This document shows, piece after piece, positions 48,518 through 61,560 of a DNA stretch of 64,000 bases; within the stretch, counting starts at the first letter, position 1, and each line of letters opens with the position of its first letter. This DNA is from Microbotryum violaceum (lineage: Eukaryota): positions 248,001-312,000 of the forward strand of contig CDLV01000018.1 in assembly GCA_001244265.2 (NCBI GenBank). Direction: 5' to 3'. The notes beneath the pieces were generated by a model. It did no database searches, was not told where the DNA came from, and saw only the letters and a program-made list of their open reading frames with translations. Both the position numbers and the translations under genes were made by a program.

Positions 48518-51500
48518 ATGTCTCTGATTGGTTCGACTGACAGTAGCCATCCCTTTCTCCCTCATCAGCGCGTGTGCAACCCCAAGTTGAGCGAGTCAAC
48601 ACAACTCTCAGAGGACCACCACACGGGTATCTCCCTCTCCGGGATCATGACACCCCACCCCCGCCCCCACGTCCATCCTCCATCCGAAGACGATCCCGAA
48701 GAAGAAGAAGAAGACGACGACAATGATACAGGACGAATATCCCTATCCACCGCGACGACGACCCATGACCTCGCAGTGCGCGGCGGTCGAGAGGATGAAG
48801 ACCGATGGGATCCTTTGGATCTGCAAGACGACCCTTCCTTTGAAGGTTTATTGACAAGACCTGGCCAGACTTCGACGCCTCAGAAAGCACGGGGGATGAA
48901 CAAGGGCCTATTCGATCAAGATGAGGAGCCATCTTCCGAAGCGGACGATTGGCTTCGAGGCGATGGGATCCGCTTGACCCGTCAACGATTGGCCAACTTG
49001 CCTCTCGTCGACGCGGAGGCACAACAGAGGACTCACTCCAGCACGTCGATTACGAACACACGAATCGCGAGGGGTGCTTCTTCGCCCATCTATGCACCTT
49101 CGCCTTCTACTGGGTCGAGTACATTGGTCGATCCGAGGGAGGATGAAGTTGATTTGATCATGGCGAGGAGGAGACTCAAGGAGAAAGCTAGGGCGGGCAG
49201 GGAACAAGGGGAGGAGGTGACAATACGCCATGGGAATGGAGTGACCACCCTAAGGGAAGAAGCGGAAGACGAAGAGGAAGAGGCCCGAACAGAGATCGCA
49301 GCACCGAGGACGAGACCAACCAACGAGCACGACCATCGCTCTCCATCACCTCCACGACCATTCTCCAACCCCACCCCGCGAAGAAGAGGTGCCCCACTCG
49401 AATCTTACCTCCAATCACACACCACACCACGCTACACCACATCTCGAACCAGCCCCCTCCCTACCGCAACTCCACTAGCACCCGGAAGTTTCCCCCCCAT
49501 TCCCTCCCGCACCCCCCTCCCCCCCTCTCAACTTTCCTCAACTCCCCTCCCACGTCACACAGGCCGAGCCCAAATCCTCGACGCCTTCAACCGCTTCATC
49601 CAGGGACCCAACGGAGCTCTGACCCTCTCAGCGGAGAGAAGAGCCGCATTGACGAGAAAGAACGTACGCGCTGAAGCGGAGGCGAGGGAGGTTCTGATGA
49701 GGTCCAAGACGTCGTCGGTGGGGTCTTCGCAGCTAAAGCGGTCGAATTCGACGATGAGAACGGTCAAGGGGACACCACATCCCACGGGGTGGTATGCTTT
49801 TGAGCCGAGAGCGATCGAGACCGGGGACACAGAGGCGAGTTCACCTAATGTGAGGAACGGGAGAGGCGAGGCTCAAGACAGAGAGGCGCAGCCGAAAAGC
49901 AAACCGTTTACAAATACCCGATTCAAGAGACAAGATTTCGTCGAGGACGAAGGGGATCGATCGAGGGAACGGAATTCGCGGACGCAGGGATATGAGGGTG
50001 ATGATTCGGCGCCAGAGGAGGAAGACGACGTTGAGCAAGAGGAAGGCGAGGAAGAAGAAGCGGTGTATAGAGCTACCGGAGGAGGAAGGAGTGCGATCGA
50101 ATACGCCATGGCCAAATCATTTATCGCTTCGTCCGTCAAAACCAAACCACGAGTCAACTCACCACCCCGATCGACAATTCCCCCTCGACCTATGACCCCA
50201 CCTTCCCCGACCCCGCCCGAACTCCCACCTATGCCACCTACCCCATCTCCTCAATCATCCCCTACCGCTCGTCGGCGTCGAGTACCTCTCACCACGCAAA
50301 CGAATTCCTCCTCCTCAGCCGCAGCCACACCTTCCTTCCGCTCCCTTACCAAGAAGGTCCTCCCCCAATCGTCCACCCCACCAAGATCCCCTCCCCCCCT
50401 TCCTCGAACCACTCACCCCGACCATCCACGTTCCTCTACCCCGCCACGAAGTACGAGATTCATCCCTCCAAGTCCAAGTCGAACACCTCTATCCAAACGA
50501 TCTTCAACGACGCCTCCTTCTTCTTCGAAGAAACCGACACCAAAGCTCCCCTTCGTTTCCCCTTCGAAATCACCAGTAAATTCACCACCTCCTCGAGTAA
50601 CGTATCAAGTTCAAGAACGTTCGTTCCGAAATGAGAAGGAGGAGCAGGAGCAGATCGATCCAAGTCGAGATGATGACCAACATCTTCTTGAGCTCGTCGA
50701 AGAACTAGCTCGTATAGTTCGCTCTCGATCGATCGAATCCTCGCGGGAAGAAAGTGGAGAGAATCTTGACGAGGGAGCGAGGGGCTTCTATGGCGAGGAG
50801 GATGCGGCGCTGCTGAGGAGGAACGAGGATGTTTTGAGAGAGGCTGAGGAATGTGTGAGGGAAGGGAGGGACCTGGAAGTGGTTTTGAGGGGGGAGGAGA
50901 GGGAGGGGAAGATGAATGAAGTGAGCCATTTTACCACTCATAACAGGCATCACTACTTGGTTACTGATGATACCTACCTCAGGCAACAATTCAAACCCTC
51001 TTGCAACGTCTCGACGAAGCCGAAACGATCGACGAATCCCTCCTTTCTCGGATGGATGCTCTTCGATCAACCTTGGATACACTGGGGAGAGATTTAGGTG
51101 CCCAAGTTTCTTTGGCGGTGCAGACCAAGTTGGAAGAGGAGGCGAGCCAGAGGGGGAATTGGTTGATGTGGGGTGTCGCATGTCAGTTCGTGTTGATTTG
51201 GGTCGTCATGTGGTAAGTTCAGAGATTGGGTCTACCTCCCTCTTGTCGGGTCGACACGATATGCTGAAGAATCTGTGTATCTCACAGTCTCGCCAATTAC
51301 CGCGCCTCAAGGCTCTACGACTCCTCCTTTATTGACCCCTTTACCCACCCGGCACTGTACTACATCTCACCCTCCACAACGACCCATCATATCTCTGAAG
51401 AAACTCTCGCGCTCTTCTCACCCGTGCCTATCAGGGGTAGAGGAGTCGGTCAAAGGGGTCTGAATTATGTGCTTCTGGTGATGAGGAGATTGGTAGGGGG

Positions 51501-51585
51501 GATTAGTCGGGGGGAGAAAGAATTTGGATTTGGAATGGGAGGTATGGGTAAGGGAAGAGGGGTCGTGGAGAGGGTTCCTTTTTGA
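48518..51585 (+). CDS. Large disordered Pro/Ser/acidic protein with C-terminal coiled coil and single TM segment (function unknown)
   Basis: 859-codon ORF; next exon LQRLDEAETIDESLLSRMDALRSTLDTL...WLMWGVACQFVLIWVVM; last exon LANYRASRLYDSSFIDPF...VVERVPF*. Start may be the ATG at ~48647. Confidence 0.7.
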
Positions 51586-52157
51586 TGGGGAGGGAAGAGG
51601 ATCGATCTCGTTCGGAGGTCTTTGGAGTTCCTGGACTTGTTGGAGGGTGTGAGAGATTTTTTGGGTTTGCGATCCTGTGTTGTGATTTTTTTTATCAGTG
51701 TGTATGTTGCCCTTGTTGTTATTACATATACTGGATATTCTATACCCTCGATTTTCACATTTTCGTTCCTCATCCATTTTTGCACCAACTGATCACAGGA
51801 GGTTGACTTACCAAAATACTCGAAGTGTGGACAGAACGAGCTCTGCTACCTTGTATAGTTTCATTTGACGTTCGTACAACAAGGATTTCATTCGGACAGT
51901 AAGAGAGGCCTTGACACACCGAACACCTCTCCGTCGGGAAGATCGGGACCGTTTTGAAACCAAGATTCCCTATTGGTCGGAGCGTCGAACTTTTTCCGCC
52001 TGGCCCTTCGCGCGCGCCGCGGCCGGCGCGCGGGCTGGGGCGGCTCAGTACTCAGTGGCGGGCCTGCACCGTCGCGCTTCGTCGCGCGTGACTTTTGGTG
52101 CGGAACTCGACTTGACTCGTCCGTTCGTTCTTGGTCTTCTGGACACTCCATCGCACG

Positions 52158-53879
52158 ATGTCGACGCTCTCCACGACAAGACGCCAGCTTCTTTCCCTGG
52201 GTCTGATCCTAGGGATCGCCTCTTACGCCTCCGCCTCGCCGTTCTACCTGTTGACGCAGCACTTGTCACAAGCTTTGCCCGTTCCGTCACCGGCGAGCAA
52301 ACATGACGGCAACCAGCATCACGGCGGAGGCGGAGGCCACCGCAAGGACGACCATACCCCGATTAAGATCCCGCGGGACCCGAATATGATTTACGATGGC
52401 TTCCCAAGAGCTTCCTCCATGGTCGGGTGGATCTCGATCGCTTGTTGGCTCATAGTACGTTTCACACCTGCCCCTCCGCACCTCCGCACCTACGCACCTC
52501 CGCACCTCCGCACGACCTGAGTGTATGCACTAGTGATCCATGCCGCCGCGGAAGCCCCATAACTGACCGACCTCCCAATTTTCTCTTCGTTGCCGCAGGT
52601 GTACACACCCCAGGTACCGTCTCTTTTTCAAGCAAACGAGAACCCACCTCGAGTTGACTCTTCCTATGAATCTTGTTCTCTGACTCGATCGACAGTTCTT
52701 TCGACCAGCTCTGGCTATGCGTCGTGCAGCAGTCGGGCGAAGGGCTCAGTCTCGTCTTTTTGGCCATCGTGAGTTTTGGTGTTCTACCTGGATAAGGTAT
52801 CGGGGCTGGAGCTGACTTGGACTTGTGACCGTTCGACGCAAACGAAAAGTGGCTGGCGGGTGATGCGACCAACCTCCTCGGAGCTCTTTGGCAAGGGTCA
52901 GTTTGCGCAAGGAGACTGCGGCTAAGTTTTGTACCAGAAATGCTGATCTTTATGTATCTGCCCTTTAGACTGCTACCGACGATGATCATCCTTGCAGTCT
53001 ACTACTCGCTCTGTGACAGTACGACTTTTCTCTGAAAACTTTCCTAAACGGCTCCCGGGTGCTCACGCTGAATCATTCCCTCCCAACCACAGTCGTCCTC
53101 ATCTTCCAAGTCTTCTACTACCGTCGCAAGCGAGCCCTCTACCCCGAACTATTCTCCACCGAAGCCACTTCGGCCGGCACAATCCCTTCGACAGCCCACG
53201 AGACTGATCCCCTCCTCTCGTCCTTCTCGGCACATGCGCCGAACGAACCCGAGCCGGATCTTAAGATGAGGAGGATCAAGGATATTGTTAGCTATGTTGG
53301 TGGTTTCGTTGTGGTGCTGGGTGTGGGAATTGTCGCTTGGAGGCTGAGTAGAGATGTGCCCCAGGGGAGGAAACGTACGTTCTTGCGCGCGATTACCTGG
53401 CAGAGACTCTTCTCACTTGGATGTATTCCTGACGAAATCGACCTTCCACAGCCGAAGTCTGGGACACCAAAGCGCAAGTCGTCGGCTGGGCCTCCGCCTT
53501 CCTCTACCTCGGCTCTCGCCTCCCCCAAATCTCCAAAAATATGGAAACGAAATGCCACGGCCTCAGTCTACTGATGTTCGCCTTCTCCGTTGCGGGGAAC
53601 GGGACTTATGTGGCTTCCATCTTGTTGACGTCGGTCAATCCGCAACATATTCTGATTAATGCGAGTTGGTTGGTCGGATCCGGCGGGACGATTTTTTTGG
53701 ACTTTATTGTGCTGGGCCAGGTGAGTTTGGAGCCTTTTTTTGAGGAGGGAAAGATACATGTCTCATCAACTAGCTCTTTGCTTTTCGTGCAGTTCTGGTA
53801 CTACTCCTCCGCGAGGAAAGCCGAAGAAGCCAAAATCTTTGCCGATGACGAACGACTTTTGGATGAGGACGAGGCCTGA
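52158..53879 (+). CDS. PQ-loop vacuolar cationic amino-acid transporter (Ypq1/Rtc2/PQLC2-like)
   Basis: SSMVGWISIACWLI-VYTPQ, GEGLSLVFLAIWLAGDATNL.GA..Q.LLPTMIILAVYY, GWASAFLYLGSRLPQI.KN..TKCHGLSLLMF.FSV.GN.TY, WLVGSGGT..LD..VL.QF; acidic dileucine-like end DDERLL. Confidence 0.92.
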
Positions 53880-54498
53880 TTCGGTTTCTCCCTGCACGGG
53901 CATTCAACATTTCGTCAACAGCACATAACACATAGAACGCATCCACAACAGCTCTTTTTTCCACTCGCGTTCCTTCTACCTCAAAAGCAGTAGACATCTT
54001 TTTCCATCTGGCCATCAGCCACTCTCACGATACACCTTTCTTTCATCAGTCTTTCCTCATCCTCTCGTTTCTGTGTCTTTAGCTCCTGGTCAATCATCAT
54101 GCCTTACTGTATCGTTCTACACGTCCCGCTCGGCGGAGTTCCGTCACGCGATCGCGCTGTTTCAAAACCTCGGCGTGGCCCGAACCTCGGCGTGGCCCGA
54201 AAGGAACATCACGTGATCTGAACTTCGATCGATCCCCACGATCCGCGAGGGTGGAATCGCTTCGTCCATTTCGTCATCAGCATCAAAGTGGCCCTCCAAA
54301 GCTCCACTGCTCGCTTCTCCACCTTTACCCGCCACCACCTCACGCACGACTATCTGTGATCCCCTTCCCCCCCCCCCTACATCAAGTCCCCCACACGCGA
54401 TCGCACAAACCAACGTCATCGACCTCAACCTCGATCTCAATAATCACCCCCTTTCTTAGCCTCTTCCCACCTATTCATCTCCCCAGACCCACTCTATC

Positions 54499-55635
54499 AT
54501 GTCCATCGCCCTAATCCAAGGCAGTTCCGGATCCCTCGGCACCCATTTTGTCCAACATCTCCTGCGCACCACCTCCCTCCAAGTCATCGCAACCTCTCGC
54601 AACCCTTCCTCAACCCGTTCGCATATCCTCTCCTCAGCAGGCCTCCAAGCTAATAAAGTTGAAGATCGTCTGACGGTCTTGGAGATGGATGTGACGAAGG
54701 AGGATACGATTGAGAAAGCTGCGAAAGATGTGGAGGGGAAATTTGGGAAGGGAAGTTTGAGGTTGTTATTGAATGTTTCCGGGGTGGTCAGTCTTCTTTT
54801 TCACAAAGACTTGGGGTCGGAGTTTTCGAGATGGTTTGCAGGGCTCATGTTGATGCAAGATCTTTTTTTGATATTCGTTTTGCGAAAAGCTTCATGCGGA
54901 TAAAAGCATCACCCAAGTCAAGCAGGACGAATTGTTGCATCATTATCAGGTTCGTCGTTAGACCCCTATCCCTCACAGGGAAACGGCTTCTCCACCAAGA
55001 CTCGTCTGTACTAACCCGAGCCTTTCCACTTCGCACCCCCGCTCAGATCAACACGTTTGGTCACCTCCTAACCTACAAACACTTCATGCCATTATTACCC
55101 AAAAAATCGGACGTCAAGAAGGCGCTCGAATCGAACGAGGAGGATCCGGCCAAAGGTGCGGTACCGAAGGGTCTGTCCGTATTGGCGAGTTTGACCGCGA
55201 GAGTGGGGAGTATCGGAGATAACGCGAAGGGAGGGTAAGTGGACCTGAATGTGGGCTGCTGGGAGGATTTTCTTCGTGTTTCGTGTGAGAAGTCCCGTTC
55301 CCGTTCACCGTGACTGAACCACTCGTTCACGTTCATTCACTCATAGATGGGTAGGTTACCGTTCCTCCAAAGCCGCGGCGAATCAAGTCGTCATGACCCT
55401 CCATCGCGAACTTCAATTACGAGCCACACCCTCCATCGCAATCTCCCTACACCCCGGGACGGTCGTAGGTACGAACCTTTCCAAAGAGTTTACGAATGAG
55501 GAAGATGCGGGCAAGAAGGACGGCCTTTTTACGGCGGAGGATTCGACGAGGAGGTTGTTGGACGTTATAAAGGGGTTAAAGGAGGGCGATGGGGGCAGGT
55601 TCTTGGATTGGAAGGGGGAGGATATCGTTTGGTAG
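54499..55635 (+). CDS. Short-chain dehydrogenase/reductase, C-factor/CsgA-like
   Basis: ALIQGSSGSLG (Rossmann), MDVTKEDTI, INTFGHLL..KHF.PLL, SLTARVGSIGDN..GGW.GYRSSKAA.NQ, LHPGTV, G.FLDWKG..I.W*. Confidence 0.92.
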
Positions 55636-56717
55636 AGAGATATATATAAAAAGGGTAGGAAAAGTGATCGGTCGCTTTGAAGGATTACGATGTCCAATTC
55701 GATAGAGGGATGTAGAGGAAGATCAGATCCAGTTGGAAAATCGGACATCCTTCGTGTCCTGTGTCGTGTACATAGAGTAGTGTGAAAGTGTGTTCTTCCG
55801 CAATCAAAATTTGTGGTCATCTCACTCCTTGGACTCGGACGGCTTCGGTTCCGAGCTCCGGCAGCGGCCATCGCACGCGACTCGCCCCGTGTCTAACGTC
55901 GCGGAGATCTAGAGCTTACCTCCTGACCCAGTTCGCAAATTAACCAGAACCGGTTGAATCGAGCACCACGCGAGTGTACATGACTACGTTCGGTAGGTAT
56001 GTTTGTTGCTGTCGAGCATTTGCCCTTGGTATTCTTTTAACCCGCCTCACCACTGATCCCTTCGTGCTCAGCCACTCGTTAAACCTGCTGCCTCCGCGAG
56101 CTGAGTTCCAGCTCTAACTCGCCTTGCTCGCGTCCATGAAGTTTTTTCAAGTTTGCGTCACAAGCCGTCTTGATCACTTCCACTGGCTCTGTATGTGACC
56201 GCTTGCGTTTCAGATGACAACAGTCGCTTGCGTGAATCCGAGTGAGGACCTCCTATCTGCCACGGCGCCTGAGTCTTGAGGCATCACTGGCTACTACCTA
56301 AGTTTCGCTCTAGAGCACACACCGATTCCAAAATACGTAAGCTCCTGTTTGTAACGATCATTGACTCAAGACCAGGAATAGCTACATGGGCACTGCGACG
56401 CGGAATAGGGCGATATGCCGGGCCCCGATGACCAATCAGGTTCAAGTTGACTCGATGATCCCAGCACTCTCTATTCTCTTCACGGTAATAACCCCTTAGC
56501 AAAACCACGTTCTCGAGAGAAAAAAGCTTTTGGCACAATCAGGAGGTTTGCCACATTAGACATCACGTTCACCAAACGAACGAAAAAAAAATTACCCCAT
56601 CTCACGTGGCCGTTGAAAGAGGGGGAATACAGATTGAGCCCCTCACTTTCCCAGCGCCTCCGTATCCACCGAGTACAAATAATTAACCTAACAAGCCTAT
56701 CCTCTCAGTAGCCCACT

Positions 56718-59473
56718 TTACGCGCCTTCCCAAATCTTCTTCCACAAAGGTGTGTGCTTGTTCGCGGCGGCTTCTTCTTCGGCGGCTTCGTCCTCGTCGA
56801 ATTCGCGACGGCCGGAGATGAAGTCGAGTTCGGCCAAGGGGATGATGGACGTGCGGTGATAAATCTTCCAGCCCGTGTAAAGGATGGCGTAAATAGCTGG
56901 AAGGCGGGTTCGTCAAGATAGAAGTCGTCAGTTTGGGGACGATAAACACATGCGCTGGAAAAGAACTGCATCAACTCACGAAGACCGAGGTAAGCAGTGA
57001 TAAACGTCCTGAACTTGAAGTTGGGCATGAAGGCATCAAAGCCCTTGAATAAAGTGACGATCGAAGTGACGACGATGCAGAAGTAGGCCAAATAAGGCTG
57101 CAGCGGTGCCTGCCACGGCAACGTATCGCGCGAGATCCCCTGCACCTTGAGACCCTTCATGAAGCGTACGTGGGAAACGAGAATACTGAGCCAGGTCAGA
57201 GCACCAAAGATGGTCACGAGCGCAGTGAAGTAGGTGAAGACCTGGGCACCTTCAGCTGCAACGTTCATGTAGGCCAAACAGCAGAAAGCAGAGCAGAACG
57301 CAAGGGCGACGTAAGGCGTTCCATAGCGGTTCGTGCGCATGAAGATCTTGGGAGCTTTGCTCTCGGCCGCAAGAGCGTACAGGGTGCGCGAGCCGATGTA
57401 GAGATCCGAGTTGGCGGCCGACATGACGAACATGAGGATCGAGGCGTTGATGATATCGGGTAGGACCTTGATACCGGCTCGTTGGATGGCGACGACGAAC
57501 GGGGAGGCGGCGGCACTCGTGCGGCGCTTGTTGGCGGTCAAGAGATCGGGGTCGTTCGCCGAGACGATGAGACCGACGACGAAGATGGATCCGACGTAGA
57601 AGATGAGCAGACGCCAGAACGTACGACGGATCGTCTTGGGGATCGTCTTGCGAGGGTTTTTGGCCTCGCCGAAGGTGACACCGATCAACTCGCACCCCAT
57701 GTAGGCGAAAAGTGCGGTGGTCATGCACGACCAGACACCGAGGAAAACACCCGTGTCGGTGTTGTAGATGTAGTGCGCGAAAGGTTGGTCGCGCCAGTAG
57801 CGGAAGCCGATACGGCCTTGGCCGGGAACACCTCCGAGATCGATGATCCAACCGAGGAGGATCAATCCCGTTAAGACGATGATCTTGAAGAACGAGAGCC
57901 AGAACTCGATCTCGCCAAAGACCTTGATCCCGAGCAAGTTGATGACGATGACTGCGCGCGGGGAAAGCACCGAATAGCGTCAGTAATCGTACTGCGAATC
58001 TTCCCAAGAGCCAGGTGCCGTCTACTCACTGATGACGTTGAAGATGGTGATCCATGCTCCTACGGGCACGGCGCGAGTCCAGTACTGAATAACGATGGAC
58101 GCCGCCTGTGTATGTGAAAGTTCTTCCAGCCGATCAGCCGCTGGCCGCTAGTGCACACTCTTCAAAAAGACTACGAAGCGTACAGTGATGTTGTTTGGTG
58201 TGACAACGAGGTACTTGAACAAGTAGTTCCATCCTATTTGTAGTGAACCCCAATCAAGAATCAGCTCGGCTGCCCCTCTCGACTCCAGCAAATACCGCGC
58301 TTTGCCGAGATTGGACAAGGGTCATCTGATCTCCGCCAAAGCCGAAGCGGAAAAACCTACCAGTAGCGAAACCCATCGCAGGATCAACGAATCGAGATGC
58401 ATACCCTGAAAATCCCTTTTTGTGCGGAATCAAAGTCCTGTCACCAAAGTGAAATTGAAATTGAAATCAGCTTTTTGACCAGGTCGCGAGCACCTAGCGC
58501 TTTATGCTTTGCCCTGCCGAAGGCCGAAGGAACTGGTGAGGTGGAAGGTGACTTACGCCATTTCACCTAGCGAAGCAAGGACACCGAAGCATACCGTTCC
58601 CATGACCACATACGCCAACAACAGTCCGACCGGACCACCTCGGGAAAGACCTGTTCCGGAACCTGAAACCGGCGGAGGTGAGTGGGGGAGAAGCGGCGGT
58701 TAGCTCAGATTCCCATGTGGCCTCCTGACACCGAATTAATCTGGACACCAAATCTGAGAAATGTGACTTACCAATGACGAGGCCCGTTCCAATGGCACCA
58801 CCTGAAGTACAATGAAATCATCGTGCGAGGTCGAGCAATTTGACCGGAGTAATGGGAATGAGAGGTACAGAAAGTAGGCAGAAAAACGACGTCAGTACAT
58901 AATGATGGAGAGAGCTTGGCACCCACAAGAAACAAAGGCCGACACGACCGACGACCGCCGACGGGCCTCTCGGGAGGCGGGCTTTCGCGGGCGAGTCTGG
59001 TGGCGCTGCCCAGACCAGTGAACGGAAGCGTCGTGGCCGATGAAGCTAGATGGGCAGAAGCAACTGACCTAGGGCAATCATGGAAATTCTGTAAAGTCAT
59101 AAGGGAAATGAACGTCCTCGTCAGCTGACTGTAGCCATGTCGTTGATCGATGCCGTGCTGCTAGTGGAGCAAGAGTCTCGGTGGTGCGGAGGATGCTCCT
59201 CCGTGACCAGCAGCGCCGAAAGCGTGATTCGCGATCCAGCAGAGAAGGGACAGCGGAACTCAACTGCCTGGCCTTGAGACCGCGATGCAAATCATTTTCC
59301 GGTGCCACACGTTCCACGCCATCCTCATCATACTGGATCTGCTTAGCCCCCGATTCAAGTTCGCTCGAGGTTGCACTGCGTCGACCCCCGGCAGCAGTGA
59401 TAAAGGTCCCGTCGCCGTGCTTGTCGTCGACGTATTCGCCCGAAAGCCTCTTTTCGGGGATCGAGCCTTGCAT
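56718..59473 (-). CDS. APC/YAT-family amino-acid permease (Dip5-like)
   Basis: LHRGLKARQ, GGAIGTGL..GSG..L..GGP, LGEMA, GY..RF.DPA.GFA.GWNY, GEIEFWLSFFK, IGFRYW, FAYMGCEL.GVTFGEAKNPRK.IP, SPFVVAI, SAANSDLYIGSRTLY.LA, LPWQAPLQPY. Several micro-exons in the 5' half. Confidence 0.93.
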
Positions 59474-60735
59474 GGTCCGAGTACTGCTTTGGTCTATGTC
59501 GGGGCGTAAACGAAAGATCGCTTTCTCGCGAAGTGGGGTTGGTCTCGCGGATCGAAAAAAAAAGGGACGATAAGGAAAGGAGAGAGGTTCGAGAAGGAAA
59601 GGAGCAGACTAAGTGTGCGGGAGATGAGACGATATAACCTTTTCGCAAGTTCGCAATCAAGCGGAGCCTAGATGTGCACTAGTCAAGCATAGACAAAAAC
59701 CATGTCCGGAGTTTTGGGCATCCCATTTTTAAACGCACAAAGCGTCGCTGTCGCCTGGCACTAGAACTAGAGAACAGGGGAAAAAAAAGACCACCGAGGT
59801 TGGCCCGTTCCGACGGATCGCGACCCTCGCCCAGCCAATGGCCTCTTCTCGACCGCTTCTCTTACCGATCTCAGCGCCAATCTTGCGTGAGCGAGAGCCT
59901 CTTCCCCACGCGCCCAGCCGCCCACGCGCCAGCAGCGCCCGAAACAAAAGGCTTGGCAATTCGGGAAGGCGCAGGCGTCTGATAAGACCCCACCGAAACT
60001 CCCGTTAAAAGTCGCGAAGAGTTTCATGCACAGCCAGGGCTGTTTCTGGAGGATGACGTGGTTCGAGAGGCGGGCATTTATTTGAAAGCGAGAGGCGGGG
60101 CGTTTATTTGAAAGCCGATGCATCATGCTGCTTGACCGGATTGAAGCCCCGAGCCTGTTTGCTGCATTTGCAATTTTTTTTTTTTTTTGGACAGAGTGCT
60201 CTTCTGCAAACCATCTTATCTCATCGTGGGGTAGCTGGGGTCGAATGTAACAAACTCCGGCTGATGTCTTTCCCCAGACCCCCCGAGGTAGCCTACCTTC
60301 TGAAACTCCCCCCCCCCCCCCCCCCCTTTCCCCTAATCCTCCTTCGGACTTTTGGATTTGGTCACGCGACGTCGAGATGATTTCCGAGCGGCCAAGCGGT
60401 GAAGCAGCTCAACGAAAAAGGAGGCTCATTATCAGTGTCTAACACTCACCCCAACAAGAAGCCGCGCTTACTTTACGTAGCACGACCTTGCAGGTACCTA
60501 GAGACACTTTTAGTGTAGTTTTTCGACAAGCTCGAGGCCGGACTTCAAATTCGGTTTGCTTCGCGAGACTTCGGCTTGACAGAGAAGGCGTGGTTCAGCT
60601 TCCCGGCCGATCTTTTCCGACCGAACGACCGACGATCGGGGGAAAGCAGGTACTTGCTGACCTCTTTTAATTTACAAAAACATTTCCAAGTGGAGCACCG
60701 CGATCCCCCGCAAAACACTACGCAGTAGTACCCTA

Positions 60736-61560
60736 TCAGATGGACTGCAAAAACTGTTGCAAGCCCATGCCCCCACTTGCTCCGCCCGCCTGGTTCGCCT
60801 TTTCGCGTTCGAGTTTCTTCGCGGCCAATAATTCGGCTAGACCACTGGTGGTCGGCTTGGATCGTTTGTTGGTGCCTTTGGCTTGATTTTGGTGGGTGGT
60901 GGTGGTGGGTTTGGTATGGGAGGATGGTCTGACTCGAGGTTCGGAGTTGAGTGCGACGGATTTGGAGGTGAAATTTGGTTTGGAAGGGGTTAGAGAAGAG
61001 GCCAAGGATGGCGCAGCGGCTGGTACAGCTCTCGAAAAGCCAGTTTGACTGGTTGCTGTAGTATATTCAAGGCCTTGCATCGGATCACCCGGGACGTTCG
61101 TCCTTGGCAAGTCCGATACGGCCTTTGTGAGCTTGCGAGAACTCGTGGCTTCGATCGACTTGGTACGGTTATGCGATCCCGATTCCAAGACGGCCACTCG
61201 CTTGCTTTTGATCCTCTGCTTAACACTCCGAAATCTTTGCCTACCAATCCCCTTCCCCTCCCCTCCCTCTTCCTTCGAAACCCTCTTACATCCCAAACAC
61301 CTCCACCACAACCCGGTCCGATGAGTTCTAACGGTCGCATTAACGCCTACGATCAAAGTCGCTTGACAAGCTGGACATGTAAGTTTTGTGTTCGAAGATC
61401 CTGGCGTGGTAGTGATTGGTTGTGAATCGATGAGGTGGGGTTGGGTGGCGAAATGGCCTTTGGAGAGGGGGGCGAGGAGGTAAGAGAGTTGTAGGCGGTA
61501 TTGAAGGGTCTCAGGGGAGAAGGCGTTGGGGTTGAAGTGGTTGGAAGTTGAGGTGGTCAT
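60736..61560 (-). CDS. RNase P/MRP subunit Rpr2/Rpp21/Snm1-like zinc-ribbon protein
   Basis: Single exon; CPACQATLIVGVNATVR...WRCLGC (CxxC...CxxC) followed by a basic low-complexity tail ending SGLAELLA...LQQFLQSI. Confidence 0.65.
   Translation of the reverse strand: MTTSTSNHFNPNAFSPETLQYRLQLSYLLAPLSKGHFATQPHLIDSQPITTTPGSSNTKLTCPACQATLIVGVNATVRTHRTGLWWRCLGCKRVSKEEGGEGKGIGRQRFRSVKQRIKSKRVAVLESGSHNRTKSIEATSSRKLTKAVSDLPRTNVPGDPMQGLEYTTATSQTGFSRAVPAAAPSLASSLTPSKPNFTSKSVALNSEPRVRPSSHTKPTTTTHQNQAKGTNKRSKPTTSGLAELLAAKKLEREKANQAGGASGGMGLQQFLQSI

Noticed and set aside
52473-52513. (CCTCCGCA)x5 repeat
   Set aside because: Ordinary intronic microsatellite in the PQ-loop gene.
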